A stretch of 55,743 nucleotides of DNA from a virus (Duplodnaviria; Caudoviricetes): positions 1 to 55,743 of the IMG/VR virus record IMGVR_UViG_3300044711_000113, one strand, 5' to 3'. Below the pieces are notes generated by a model. It searched no databases. It saw nothing but the letters and a program-made list of their open reading frames with translations, and had not been told where the DNA came from. A program made the translations under genes and the position numbers. Shown piece after piece: positions 9,354 to 18,839 of this stretch (position 1 is its first letter; every line of letters starts with the position of its first letter).

Positions 9354-10799
9354 GTGCCGACGATCACCGCGACGACTTTCCCCGACGAGGCGTATGTGCG
9401 CATCGACGTCGACTGGTCCGACCAGCCGGCCGTGCAGTACGCCCGTGTGATCCGGATCAACACCGTGACCGGCGAGCAGGTTCTGCTGCGCCCATATGTG
9501 GCCTACAACGCGGCCGGTGATCTGCTGCTCAACTGCTCCAAGGGCGTCTGGTGGGACACCGAACCGCCGCTGAACACAGCCGTGCAATACCGCACCGAAC
9601 CGGCAGACTCGTACGTGAACAAGGCGCTCAACTCGTCGTTTGAGGCAGGCACCGCACCGTGGCAGGGCATCGGTGGGACGCTCGTCCAGTCGGCGACGTT
9701 CGCCCACTCGGGCGCCAACTCGGGCCGGCTCACCCCGGCCGGCTCGCCGACGTTCTCCAACGTGATCCGCCAGGATGCGATCCCCGTCGACCCGACCCGT
9801 GACGTGACCGTGTCGGCGTGGGCGCTCACCCCGCAGGGCTGGAATTCGGTCCGGCTCTCCATCAAGTTCTTCACGGCCGGCGGCACACAGACCGGCACGA
9901 CCGTGGTCACGCCGCTCGAGGTGCTCGACGACGCCGAATGGCGTTACATGTATCTGACCACCACCCCGCCGACCGACGCCGCCACAGCCCAGATCAATTT
10001 TGAGGTGACTGGGATCGCGCCCGCGTCGACGCTGTTCTACGTCGACCAATTCGAGCTGGGCCAATACCAGCCGTCCGGGTTCTTCGCCCTCTCGGCCACG
10101 GTCACCGTCACCGCCACCTTCCCGTTCTACCTGAAAGACCCGGTCTACCCGTGCCACGACCGGGCCATGACCAAATGCATGGCCGGCCCGCAGATCGCCT
10201 GCGACACCTCGTCCGGGATGATGGTCCAGTCCTACGGGCCGCAGGAGCGTGTTGGTGCGGGCACGGTGCTGTTCGAAGGTGTCAACCGCGAGTTTCCTGT
10301 GCCCCACGTCCGCAAACGCAGGTCGGGCGAATCCACTCTCACGGTGATCACGCGGCTGTTCACTGACCGCGACGACCTCAAGGCGACGCTCAAACCCGGA
10401 ACGGTGCTGTTCTTCCAGGCCCCCGCCGAATACGGCATCGCCGAACGGTACATTTCGGTCGGCGATTACACGGTAGATCGGGCGTTGGCCGACCACCGTA
10501 TCCCTCCGCGGATCTTCACCCTGCCGCATCGGCTCATGGCCCGCCCCGCCGGCCCGGCCAACGGTGTGTGTGGCGCCCGTGTCAACGACTTGTGCGACAC
10601 GTACACCTCGTGGAATGCGATCAAAATGGCCGGGCTGACCTATACCGACCTTCTCTACGGCAACGCCTCCCCGTACGGGCCGGGCCAGGTGTCGTTCGCG
10701 TCGCTGCGCACCTTCGACGAGATGAACGCCCAGTTTGCGTCGTTCAACGCCGTCAACACTGGCGGGCGTACCTTCACGCAGCTGCGGAACGGTGCCTGA
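9354..10799 (+). CDS. Minor tail protein (Dit-like) with inserted carbohydrate-binding domain
   Basis: Follows the tape measure; 'WDTEPPLNTAVQY'; 'NSSFEAGTAPW...AHSG' CBM4/9-like insert. Confidence 0.7.
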   Translation: MPTITATTFPDEAYVRIDVDWSDQPAVQYARVIRINTVTGEQVLLRPYVAYNAAGDLLLNCSKGVWWDTEPPLNTAVQYRTEPADSYVNKALNSSFEAGTAPWQGIGGTLVQSATFAHSGANSGRLTPAGSPTFSNVIRQDAIPVDPTRDVTVSAWALTPQGWNSVRLSIKFFTAGGTQTGTTVVTPLEVLDDAEWRYMYLTTTPPTDAATAQINFEVTGIAPASTLFYVDQFELGQYQPSGFFALSATVTVTATFPFYLKDPVYPCHDRAMTKCMAGPQIACDTSSGMMVQSYGPQERVGAGTVLFEGVNREFPVPHVRKRRSGESTLTVITRLFTDRDDLKATLKPGTVLFFQAPAEYGIAERYISVGDYTVDRALADHRIPPRIFTLPHRLMARPAGPANGVCGARVNDLCDTYTSWNAIKMAGLTYTDLLYGNASPYGPGQVSFASLRTFDEMNAQFASFNAVNTGGRTFTQLRNGA

Positions 10800-11965
10800 T
10801 GCTGACTGGTGGAGACGACCCGCTGTACCGCGACATGCTTGTCACGCAGCCCATTCACTACCTGCGTGTCGAAGTGTGGGACGACGTGCAGCGCCTCGAG
10901 GTGCTCGAGGAGCTGCGCTCCGATGTGCCGCGCGAGGACGCCAGTCTCGTCGTGCTGCCCGGGTCGATGGTGACCGCGACCCTGCAGTCGCAGGTGGCCC
11001 GCAACGCGACCCTGTTCGTGCCCGAGCAGCTCTACCCGGAAAGCGACGACGACCTGCTCGCACCGAACGGGAACGAGCTGCGGATCTGGCGCGGTGTCCT
11101 GCCGGCCGACAGATCACTCAGCTACATTTGGCAGGTTTTCAAGGGGAAAATCCAGGATGCCGACATTGAGGACACCACCGGGCAGGTGACGATCAACGCA
11201 TCCGACCCGGCGCAGGACGTCCTCGACGCGAACTTCGTCACCCCCGTCAACTCGATCAAGGGCGCGGACCGTATATCGGAGTTTCAGCGGCTCGTGACCG
11301 CTGCCGTACCGTCGGCCCGCTTCGGCGCCTCCGACACGTTCAACCAGCCGATGCCTGGTCTGAGCTGGGAATTCAACCGCGGTTCGGCGTTGGACGAAAT
11401 GTTTTCTTCGGTGGGTGGCCTGTGGTATCCGCTGGCCGACGGCGCGTTCGTCGCCCGCCGCTACCCGTGGGCCAACCCCGGCGCGCCGATCATGACCCTG
11501 TCCGACGGGCCGACCGGGGTGATCCTGTCGACGAACCGGCGCCGCTCCCGCCGTTCCATGTTCAACTCGGTCACGGCCACCGCCGAACGGCTCAACGGAG
11601 ACCTTCCGTTTGTGCGCACCGCGCAGGACACCAACCCGGACAGCCCCACCTACGTCGGCGGCAAGTTCGGGCTGAAGTCGATGCTGATGCGCCGTGTGTC
11701 AGCCACCACAGACGGCGGCACGCTCGCCGCCGCGCAGGCCCGCCTGCGCACCGGCATCACCCCCACCCACCAAATCACGTGGACCCAAGTGCCCGACGCG
11801 TCGGTCGAGCTCGGCGACATCTACCAGATAGAGATCACGCAACGTGAGGTGAGCCGGGTTCAGGTCGTCTCGTCGCTGGCGATGCCGCTCGACGTCGGGT
11901 CGCCGATGTCATGCGTCGGCCGGTCGCAGGTCATCGGCAATATCGAGGAGGGAGGTTTCGTGTGA
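10799..11965 (+). CDS. Minor tail protein (baseplate hub-like)
   Basis: ATG overlaps upstream TGA; 'LLAPNGNELRIWRG', 'MFNSVTATAE', 'VPDASVELGD' typical of actinophage hub proteins. Confidence 0.7.
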   Translation: MLTGGDDPLYRDMLVTQPIHYLRVEVWDDVQRLEVLEELRSDVPREDASLVVLPGSMVTATLQSQVARNATLFVPEQLYPESDDDLLAPNGNELRIWRGVLPADRSLSYIWQVFKGKIQDADIEDTTGQVTINASDPAQDVLDANFVTPVNSIKGADRISEFQRLVTAAVPSARFGASDTFNQPMPGLSWEFNRGSALDEMFSSVGGLWYPLADGAFVARRYPWANPGAPIMTLSDGPTGVILSTNRRRSRRSMFNSVTATAERLNGDLPFVRTAQDTNPDSPTYVGGKFGLKSMLMRRVSATTDGGTLAAAQARLRTGITPTHQITWTQVPDASVELGDIYQIEITQREVSRVQVVSSLAMPLDVGSPMSCVGRSQVIGNIEEGGFV

Positions 11966-12555
11966 CGACGCTCGATTTGAACTACACGCCGCTGATGGGC
12001 CTGCCCTACCCGAACGGTTTGGACGCGCCGTGCGACTTCGACGAGTCGTGGTGCACGTTCACCGGGGCGATCGACGACGTGTTCACCCGCTGGGAGGCGG
12101 CGATCAACCGCACCACCCCGGCCGCACCGTTCGCGATGCTGCAGCTGACCACACAGATCACGATCGGCAACTCCAACCTCGTGCCCTACGACACGGTGGT
12201 CGCCGACACCGCCGGCATGACCGACCTCGACAGCGACTTGTACGGCATCACCATCGTGAAGGGCGGCCGGTACTCGATCGCGTTCTACGCCAAGCAGGCC
12301 ACGGGCGGCATCGTCAACGCCCAAATCTCGGCGACCGCAGGCGGGCAGAGCCTGGCGCAGCAAAACACAATCAACCATCTGATCTTGGATCGGGGGGCTG
12401 GGATCAACTACGGCAACAACTGCGACTTCGAAGTGTTCACCTTCCTGGCCGGCGAGCGGATCACCATGTCGACGTTCGAGTCCGGTGCCAACTCGCGCAC
12501 CCTGCAAGAGGCGTGGCTTGCCGTGTGCTGGCACGCCGACCAGGAGGTGCAGTGA
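11962..12555 (+). CDS. Minor tail protein
   Basis: GTG after GGAGG, coupled to upstream stop; 'TPLMGLPYP' N-terminus. Confidence 0.65.
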   Translation: MTTLDLNYTPLMGLPYPNGLDAPCDFDESWCTFTGAIDDVFTRWEAAINRTTPAAPFAMLQLTTQITIGNSNLVPYDTVVADTAGMTDLDSDLYGITIVKGGRYSIAFYAKQATGGIVNAQISATAGGQSLAQQNTINHLILDRGAGINYGNNCDFEVFTFLAGERITMSTFESGANSRTLQEAWLAVCWHADQEVQ

Positions 12556-13214
12556 TGACCGTTGACCTGACCGACCTGTCGTGTATGGACGGCGAAAACG
12601 TTGCCGCGATCGCGTTGCAAATGCAGAACACCGCCCTGCAGGCAGAGGCGCGCATCCTCGCTCTCGAGCAGCTGCTACGCCGCGCCGCGAACCCGTACAC
12701 GATCATCCAAACGTCGACGGCGAACATCACTGGCCTGGTCGCCAACCTGACCGGCGAGCAGTACGTCGGCCCGCAGGGTGGTGGCACGTTCACGATGACG
12801 TTCAACAACACCCCGTCGAACCGCAACATCGACGAGACCGGCCGCAACCTGATCGGCGAGCTCGGCGAAGGCATGTACGAGATCGGCATCTTCTGCGCCC
12901 TGCAGCCCTCGGGCGTGGTCGACGACAACAGCTTCCGCGCGCTCACCATCGGCGTTGACCGGCTCGACCCGACCGTCATCTCGTCGATTACCCCGTCGTC
13001 GCGTCGTGTCGTCTCATCGCTTTACACCGAGTTCGAGGCGAACGCCGGCATCCCGATGGACATGACTTGCACCCTGCGTTACCGGCTCACCGCCCTGGAT
13101 CAGATCAAATTCCTGGTCGAGCACGGCAACACGTCGTCGACGTTGAACGCGCTCGCCGGCACAATCGTGTGGCTTACCAAGATCGGAACAGCTGACTCGG
13201 TGGTGGTGGTCTGA
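12555..13214 (+). CDS. Minor tail protein
   Basis: TGATG coupling, RBS AGGAGG. Confidence 0.6.
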   Translation: MTVDLTDLSCMDGENVAAIALQMQNTALQAEARILALEQLLRRAANPYTIIQTSTANITGLVANLTGEQYVGPQGGGTFTMTFNNTPSNRNIDETGRNLIGELGEGMYEIGIFCALQPSGVVDDNSFRALTIGVDRLDPTVISSITPSSRRVVSSLYTEFEANAGIPMDMTCTLRYRLTALDQIKFLVEHGNTSSTLNALAGTIVWLTKIGTADSVVVV

Positions 13215-13720
13215 TGCCGAAGAACACAGACATCTACGGCTTCACCTACCCGTGCCCCGGCGACACGATCGACCCGCTCGCGTTCAAGACGTTGGCCGAG
13301 CAGATCGACACCAAAATGTTCGACGTCAACGCCGACTGGACCACGGCCCTGAACCGGCGCAACTACGACCTGTTCTCGGCGCAGCAGTCCGGGATCGCCT
13401 CCGGTGTCGACACGGTCATCACCGCGACGGACTCCCAGTACACGATCCCTGTCGCCGGCATTTGGCTGTTCTCGATCCAGGCGACCCATTTCGGCTGGGC
13501 CACGATCAACGTCGCGCGGATACGTGTGCGGCAAAACGGCACCCTGCGGTGCGCGCAGGCGGTGAACTGTGAAAACAATTCGCAGCAGCTACCCCACGCG
13601 AGAGGGCCGATGGTCGCCGCCGCAGGCGACGTCATGTCGACGGCGTTCTTTTTCACCGGCACCGGTACCGCCGCCGTGCAGGTGCAGATCAGTGCAAAAC
13701 TCATTGTCCGACTCGCGTGA
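13214..13720 (+). CDS. Minor tail protein
   Basis: TGATG coupling; 'TDIYGFTYP...D' N-terminus shared by actinophage tail-tip proteins. Confidence 0.65.
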   Translation: MPKNTDIYGFTYPCPGDTIDPLAFKTLAEQIDTKMFDVNADWTTALNRRNYDLFSAQQSGIASGVDTVITATDSQYTIPVAGIWLFSIQATHFGWATINVARIRVRQNGTLRCAQAVNCENNSQQLPHARGPMVAAAGDVMSTAFFFTGTGTAAVQVQISAKLIVRLA

Positions 13721-13729
13721 GGTGAACCA

Positions 13730-14425
13730 ATGTCGACGACAACCCCCGACCAAGGGCTAACCCGGCCGCTCGGCGCGGATGCCGCCGACGTGCCCGCCGC
13801 CGTGCTCAACCTGCTGGCCCAGATGGAAACCCGGCTCGCGCTGAAGTACGCCAACTTCGCCGACCGGGCCAGCCGGCACACCGTCCCCGTCGAAGGCGAC
13901 GACAGCGACCTCGCCGCCGAGGACCGCGCCGACGCCTACGACGGTGCTGTGTGGGTGTCCCGCGCCCGCCGCGGCTACTACGCGTGGAAGCTGCGCACCA
14001 CCAACGCCGCAGCGATCAACAACAGCACCGTGTTGGTTGCCGACTCCACACTCACCGTCACCCTCGGCGAGGCCAACCGGACGATGCGGTTCGGCGGCCG
14101 GCTCTACTACGACGGATCGTCCGCGGGCGACCTGAAGTTCACGCTCGTGTTCCCCGCGGGCACCACCCTGTCCAAATGGGCTGTCATCTCCGCCGACAAG
14201 ACAACCCCGGCCAGCGTTTTCCGGCAGGTCGTCACCGCCTCGGGCACCACCGCGTCGGTCGCTGCGACCGGCGTCGGAACCAACATGTTCGTCGACTTCG
14301 AAGGCGTACTCACCCTCGCCGCGACCACAGGCTCGCTGCAGGTCCAATATGCGCAGGACACTGCCGACGCCACCAACCTGACCATTCAGGCCGGCTCCGA
14401 GCTGTGGGTGCTGACCCACTCATGA
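13730..14425 (+). CDS. Minor tail protein
   Basis: RBS GAGG; 'TTPDQGLTRP...D' N-terminus and beta-rich C-domain. Confidence 0.65.
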   Translation: MSTTTPDQGLTRPLGADAADVPAAVLNLLAQMETRLALKYANFADRASRHTVPVEGDDSDLAAEDRADAYDGAVWVSRARRGYYAWKLRTTNAAAINNSTVLVADSTLTVTLGEANRTMRFGGRLYYDGSSAGDLKFTLVFPAGTTLSKWAVISADKTTPASVFRQVVTASGTTASVAATGVGTNMFVDFEGVLTLAATTGSLQVQYAQDTADATNLTIQAGSELWVLTHS

Positions 14426-15135
14426 CCTCACCAGACGAACCGCTCGCCGACCAGACCGCGGCCACACCCGGGCAGCCGTCGACCGTCCGCGTCGGCACCG
14501 TGCAAGCCATCAATCCGATCCAGATCTTGATGGGTGGCACGGTCATCGACAGGGATTCCCTCGGGTTCCTGACCGACTACAACCCGGTCGTCGGCGACAC
14601 CGTGGCCATCCTCGGGCAGGCCGTTGAAGGCGCCAACTCGTCCGCGTCCACGTGGCTCGTGTTGGGCGCGATCAACGCCGCCGCACCGTCGCGGCGCCCG
14701 GAGCTGCAAATCCTGGCGATGACCCAACGCGCGGCGCAGTTCGACTCGCCCACCTACACGGTCGCCGCGGGCGAGCAGCTCATCGGCGGCAACATCACCC
14801 TCACGGTGCCGCTCAAGGCCGGCCACATCATCGGCCTGCACGCGACCTGGCACCACGCCAACACGTCCGGGGTGGCCGCGCTCACCGTCGTCAGATTCCG
14901 GGAAAACAACCTGGCAGGCGCGCAGGTCGCCGGAAAGGACTACGTGCCAGGCGTCGGTAACGCCTACTACGGCGGCCGGCTCGACGCGTGGATACGACCC
15001 ACCGTCACCCAAAACCAGCTGTATGTGATCACCACGCAGGCTGGTGTCGCCGGCACCGGACAGTGGGGCATGTCCCCATCCGACGCGTTCTTCGCAGTCG
15101 ACCACGGCCCCGCGTACGCGTTCCCGCTAGTCTGA
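14422..15135 (+). CDS. Minor tail protein (OB-fold spike-like N-terminus)
   Basis: ATGA coupling; 'VRVGTV...YNPVVGDTVAIL...WLVLG'. Confidence 0.6.
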   Translation: MTSPDEPLADQTAATPGQPSTVRVGTVQAINPIQILMGGTVIDRDSLGFLTDYNPVVGDTVAILGQAVEGANSSASTWLVLGAINAAAPSRRPELQILAMTQRAAQFDSPTYTVAAGEQLIGGNITLTVPLKAGHIIGLHATWHHANTSGVAALTVVRFRENNLAGAQVAGKDYVPGVGNAYYGGRLDAWIRPTVTQNQLYVITTQAGVAGTGQWGMSPSDAFFAVDHGPAYAFPLV

Positions 15136-15177
15136 TCCACAACAAGCAAACCGCTCGGCTTAGGAGGGTCGCCGAAA

Positions 15178-15495
15178 ATGAATCTTGATCAATTGCAGGG
15201 CTTATCTGACCTCGACCTGTGGTCGGGGCTCGTCGGCTTTTTGATGCCCGCGCTGATCGCCGCGCTCGTGCAGTCGCACTGGTCGTCTCAGGTCAAGGGC
15301 GCCGCGACCGTCGGCGTGTGCATCGTGGGCGGCGGAGTGACCGCGTGGCTTACGGGGTACCTACACGGCATCACCGTGATACGCGCCATTCTGGTCGTCC
15401 TCGGCGCCGCCCTGGTCTTCTACCAGATCTTCTGGAAGCCTTCCAAGATCGCACCCTCGATCGAGAAGGCGACCGACCTGGCCCCCCCACGGTGA
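15178..15495 (+). CDS. Holin
   Basis: RBS AGGAGG; 105 aa with about three hydrophobic segments and 'FYQIFWKPS' C-terminus; upstream of the endolysin. Confidence 0.75.
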   Translation: MNLDQLQGLSDLDLWSGLVGFLMPALIAALVQSHWSSQVKGAATVGVCIVGGGVTAWLTGYLHGITVIRAILVVLGAALVFYQIFWKPSKIAPSIEKATDLAPPR

Positions 15496-15572
15496 CCGCG
15501 GTGCAACCGCGATCCATCAAGGAGGTTCCAACATGCTGTGGATCGATCACCTGACCGCGGCCGGGAGGGACC

Positions 15573-15821
15573 GTGTGGGGCCAGTATCTTGGCCAGATCT
15601 TGACTGGCCTCGCTGGGCTCATAACCGCCATTGGTGGAATCGTTCTCGCACGTACGCGACAAGTCTCGGCGGACTTGGCCACGTGCCAGAACGACAGCAC
15701 CTTGCGGGAAGCAGCCCAGCGTCAGTGGCGTATCACCGCGTTGCGCCACATCGCGCAGCTCGAAAAGCACCTGCATCAGACCACTATCTCGGTCCCCGAC
15801 AGGCCAGACGAGCTGCTCTGA
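15573..15821 (+). CDS. Small membrane/coiled-coil lysis-cassette protein
   Basis: GTG after GGGAGGG; N-terminal TM segment followed by coiled coil. Confidence 0.55.
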   Translation: MWGQYLGQILTGLAGLITAIGGIVLARTRQVSADLATCQNDSTLREAAQRQWRITALRHIAQLEKHLHQTTISVPDRPDELL

Positions 15822-15927
15822 AGTCTGCCCGTAAGGTCCGTTCGGCGCGGTGGGTCGCGCGGGCCGGCTGGGCTGTTGTCGTGTTCGCCGGGCTGTGGAC
15901 GCTCGCGGCCATGTTAGGAGTGATCAA

Positions 15928-16890
15928 ATGACGTTTGCACCGGCCACCATGCTCGAGGTGCGCGCCTTCGTCGTCGCCGAGGACAAGGCCGCCCCGGTAC
16001 TCACGACGGACGAGGTGGGCATCGTCGGCGACGGCCCGCACGTCATCGCCGGCACCGGCTACCACCTCGGCAAAGATCAGCTGAAGTTCGACAAGAACCC
16101 GTACTCGGCCCGCACCGCGCGGGACAAGGCCGGCCTCGCCGACGCCGCGATCGCGAACGCCGCATGCGCGATCGACCTCGATGACGACTGGGATGAGCTG
16201 CGCCGCTTCTCCGGCTGGGCCGTCGAGCAATGCCGCAAGTCGGCGCCGGACACCCTCGACATCCGCGAGATCATTTACTCGCTGGATGGGGTCAACGTGT
16301 TGCACTGGGATCGGGAGAACGGGGTCACCTCAGCCCCGCAGCCTTCCAACCAGCTCGACCACCGCACCCACTCGCACATCAGCAAATACCGCGACTCGAC
16401 CCGCCGCTCGCTGCTGCCGCTGTTCAAGCGGTTCTACCGCGAGGTTGTGGGCGTCAACATTCCAGGAGACGACATGTCCATGTTCGTAAGCTTCGGCGAC
16501 GGCGAAAACGTGCCCGGCGGCCTGGACGAGGTGGCCGACTTCCAAACCGACCTGCGAGACCTCGGCGCCGACTTCACCCCTGTGGGCGGCATCGACGGCA
16601 AGTACGGCAAGGGCACACAGGCCCGCTACATCCAAATCGTGGGGGCTGAGCTGGCCGGCGACGGCACCCACTACAACTACCGCGCCCGTCGCTGGGTCAA
16701 GGACGAGCTTGAGAAGCGCCACATACTCGCCGTGGTCGCCGCATACCTCAAGGCCAACCCGCCCGCGGCCGGCGGCACCGTGCCGCCCGGCACCACGTTG
16801 AAGATCGGCGCCCACACTTTGGTGATCGAAACGGTGGAGGCGCACATCCCCGAGCAGACCGTCACCGTCATTGACCCTGCGACCACGTAG
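15928..16890 (+). CDS. Endolysin (putative Zn-peptidase plus peptidoglycan-binding domain)
   Basis: RBS AGGAG; 'GIVGD..H...GYH', 'ACAIDL', 'HRTHSHIS' metal-ligand motifs; PG-binding-like 'VADFQTDL...IDGKYGKGT'. Confidence 0.7.
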   Translation: MTFAPATMLEVRAFVVAEDKAAPVLTTDEVGIVGDGPHVIAGTGYHLGKDQLKFDKNPYSARTARDKAGLADAAIANAACAIDLDDDWDELRRFSGWAVEQCRKSAPDTLDIREIIYSLDGVNVLHWDRENGVTSAPQPSNQLDHRTHSHISKYRDSTRRSLLPLFKRFYREVVGVNIPGDDMSMFVSFGDGENVPGGLDEVADFQTDLRDLGADFTPVGGIDGKYGKGTQARYIQIVGAELAGDGTHYNYRARRWVKDELEKRHILAVVAAYLKANPPAAGGTVPPGTTLKIGAHTLVIETVEAHIPEQTVTVIDPATT

Positions 16891-16898
16891 GCGGCAAC

Positions 16899-16938
16899 AA
16901 AAAAGGGGCACCGTCCACATTGGACGGTGCCCCTTTTT
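16899..16938. terminator. Bidirectional intrinsic terminator
   Basis: AAAAAGGGGCACCGTCCA-CAT-TGGACGGTGCCCCTTTTT between convergent modules. Confidence 0.9.
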
Positions 16939-17085
16939 CACCCCAGGTAGGGGAATCGTGATCGGCGATTCCGGCAGTGCCCCGCCTGGCCTAGGCCGCG
17001 TTGGAGCATTCGAGCCTTCTCCTACCTGGGGCATGCCCACCGGTCCCGGCCCGGTGATCAAATCCGGTCCGCCGGCAGGTAGCCA

Positions 17086-17259
17086 TCATCTCGTGAAGAA
17101 CACGCCGGCCCCGATGCCGCAGCAGCACACAGCCACAGCCACGGCCACGGTCGCGCCGAACGCGAACCAGCAGCCCAGCTTGCGGCGGCGCTGCTGCTCG
17201 CGCGTCAACGTGCCGTAAGGCTGCCCATAGTGCCGCTTCGGGCGTCGCTGCTCGTTCAT
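17086..17259 (-). CDS. Small membrane protein
   Basis: ATG overlaps upstream stop; basic N-terminus then hydrophobic C-terminus. Confidence 0.5.
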   Translation of the reverse strand: MNEQRRPKRHYGQPYGTLTREQQRRRKLGCWFAFGATVAVAVAVCCCGIGAGVFFTR

Positions 17260-17546
17260 GCCGCCACCCGCGCGCGGGCGAGCGCGGGCGCGTAGTCCGC
17301 GCGGCGCACCGCCCACCATTCGACTAGTGCCGTCATGCTCTGCCGCTCGCGCTCCTGCTCGGCCCGCGCGGCGGCCCAGCGGGTCGACAGGCGGCCGTAC
17401 AGGGTCGGGGCGCGGTGACGGCCCACATACCGGCTCGGCCGGTTACGCAGCTTCCTGAAGCCATCCGCGGCCCGCTCGAGCAGATCGCCGACCATGCGGT
17501 CGATGCCGTTCAACGCGCCGGCCAGTTCGTCGATCGAGTTCATCAC
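17256..17546 (-). CDS. Hypothetical protein
   Basis: Coupled to the ATPase stop, RBS GGAGG; 'YVGRHR' motif. Confidence 0.55.
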   Translation of the reverse strand: MMNSIDELAGALNGIDRMVGDLLERAADGFRKLRNRPSRYVGRHRAPTLYGRLSTRWAAARAEQERERQSMTALVEWWAVRRADYAPALARARVAA

Positions 17547-18436
17547 TTCACCTCCGTCTTAGCCGCTGCGATCATGTCGCGGAGCAGCCTGGTCGCGATG
17601 TCGCCCAACGTGGACGGCTCGCCATGCTCGTCCGTCATGGGAGCGTTCCACTTGTTCAGATACAGCGCCTTAGCGCGTAGCTCGCGCAGCTCATCGGGCG
17701 TCTTGGCCTCGAACACCTCATCGCGCAGCTCCCACACCGTCACGGGCGCCTTGCCGTCCTCAAGCCACACCCGGTACTCGCGGCCCAGCTCCTCGGTGGG
17801 CCGCTCGACGATGCGACCGTCGAACCCGGCATAGGGCGACTTGGTGAACCGCAGGGTGTGCTCGCTGTCCAGCGTGGACACGATGCCCATCTCGTAGTCG
17901 AGCTTTTCGCGCTGGTCAGGTTTGGTGCCCATCTTGCGCGGCGTGTACTTGCCGTCCGGGCCGGGCTGCACCACCCACTCGGTCTTGACCCGCAACGTGA
18001 GGATCAAATGGCCGGCATGGGCGAGCATCGCCTCGACCATCTTCCGCTCGATCGGCCCCATCTCCTTCCAGCCGTTGGAGAACGTGCCACCCGACCGGCC
18101 GTCGGAACGCAGGTCGACCTGCTCGAGCATGCCCAGCGGCCCGGACCAGAACGACGACAGCGTGTCGACGATGGTCGTGTCGTAGGCGCAGCACGTCCCG
18201 AGCGCCTCGATGAGCTGCTCGGGATGGAAGTTGTCGGACATGTGCAGCACATCGAACTTGAACCGGTCGGCGAACACCAGCGATTGGCGCTGCACGGTGT
18301 CAATGACCGCGATGGTGTCGCCGAGCCCGGACGCGATGCTCAGCGCGGTGAACGTCTTACCGCTGCCGGCAGGCCCTTCCAAGACCCACCGGGCTTTTGC
18401 CTGCTCTTTGACGGCAGGCTCGAGAACGAACGCCAT
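17543..18436 (-). CDS. AAA-family ATPase, Sak4-like single-strand annealing recombinase
   Basis: Walker A 'GPAGSGKT', 'IAVIDT', Walker B 'IVDTLSSFW', 'HLILTLRVKTEW', 'KPDQRE..DYE' (AAA_24-type). Confidence 0.75.
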   Translation of the reverse strand: MAFVLEPAVKEQAKARWVLEGPAGSGKTFTALSIASGLGDTIAVIDTVQRQSLVFADRFKFDVLHMSDNFHPEQLIEALGTCCAYDTTIVDTLSSFWSGPLGMLEQVDLRSDGRSGGTFSNGWKEMGPIERKMVEAMLAHAGHLILTLRVKTEWVVQPGPDGKYTPRKMGTKPDQREKLDYEMGIVSTLDSEHTLRFTKSPYAGFDGRIVERPTEELGREYRVWLEDGKAPVTVWELRDEVFEAKTPDELRELRAKALYLNKWNAPMTDEHGEPSTLGDIATRLLRDMIAAAKTEVK

Positions 18437-18467
18437 GATCTTCTCCCTTGCTCTCCTGATTCGTGGT

Positions 18468-18527
18468 GCCCCGGGCGCGCTGCCCTCTACAGGAAGGAGA
18501 GCTATTCGCGGGCGCGCTGCCCGGGGC
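18468..18527 (-). ncRNA. Long hairpin displaying anti-leader loop CCUUCCUGU
   Basis: Minus strand: GCCCCGGGC(A)GCGC ... CTCT-CCTTCCTGT-AGAG ... GCGC-GCCCGGGGC. Confidence 0.5.
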
Positions 18528-18598
18528 CGTGGGGCACTCGAGCGTCTTGCTTTGGCGGTCGGCGGCCCGCCGCAGATGGTCCACGCTCGTGTGCCTCG

Positions 18599-18755
18599 CG
18601 GGGATGCCGGGAGTCGAACCCGGACCGATCCTGACGGCCGTTGGCGTATCGGGGCTGCGAACCATGGGCGACTACCGACACCTCCTTAGAAGTGACGGGG
18701 TGCCCTCCGATGTGCCTCGGGCTACCAGCTGCTCTGCCGATTGAGCTTCATCCCC
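18599..18755 (-). ncRNA. 157-nt tRNA-like RNA with anticodon arm replaced by an extended structured domain
   Basis: Acceptor GGGGATG/CATCCCC plus G; D-arm GCTC-AATCGGCA-GAGC; T-arm CCGGG-TTCGACT-CCCGG; CTGGTAGCC/GGCCGTCAG closes the insert. Confidence 0.75.
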
Positions 18756-18814
18756 TCCGTGACCTGCAGGCCCGCCAACGGGGAACCGCGGAGCCTGCAG
18801 GCCGAACACCCGGT

Positions 18815-18839
18815 GGGTGTCTACACGGAAGATACACCC
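18815..18839. promoter_or_regulatory. Palindromic operator overlapping leftward -10 (TATCTT)
   Basis: GGGTGT-N13-ACACCC. Confidence 0.65.

Noticed and set aside
15533-15931. 132-aa ORF spanning the lysis cassette
   Set aside because: It overlaps 15573-15821 entirely. Only its last ~37 codons look like a membrane peptide, and that part lacks a clear start.
18599-18755. tmRNA or canonical tRNA gene
   Set aside because: It starts GGGGATG like actinobacterial tmRNA, but has a full D-stem, no G3:U70 pair and is too short; there is no 7-nt anticodon loop for a canonical tRNA.
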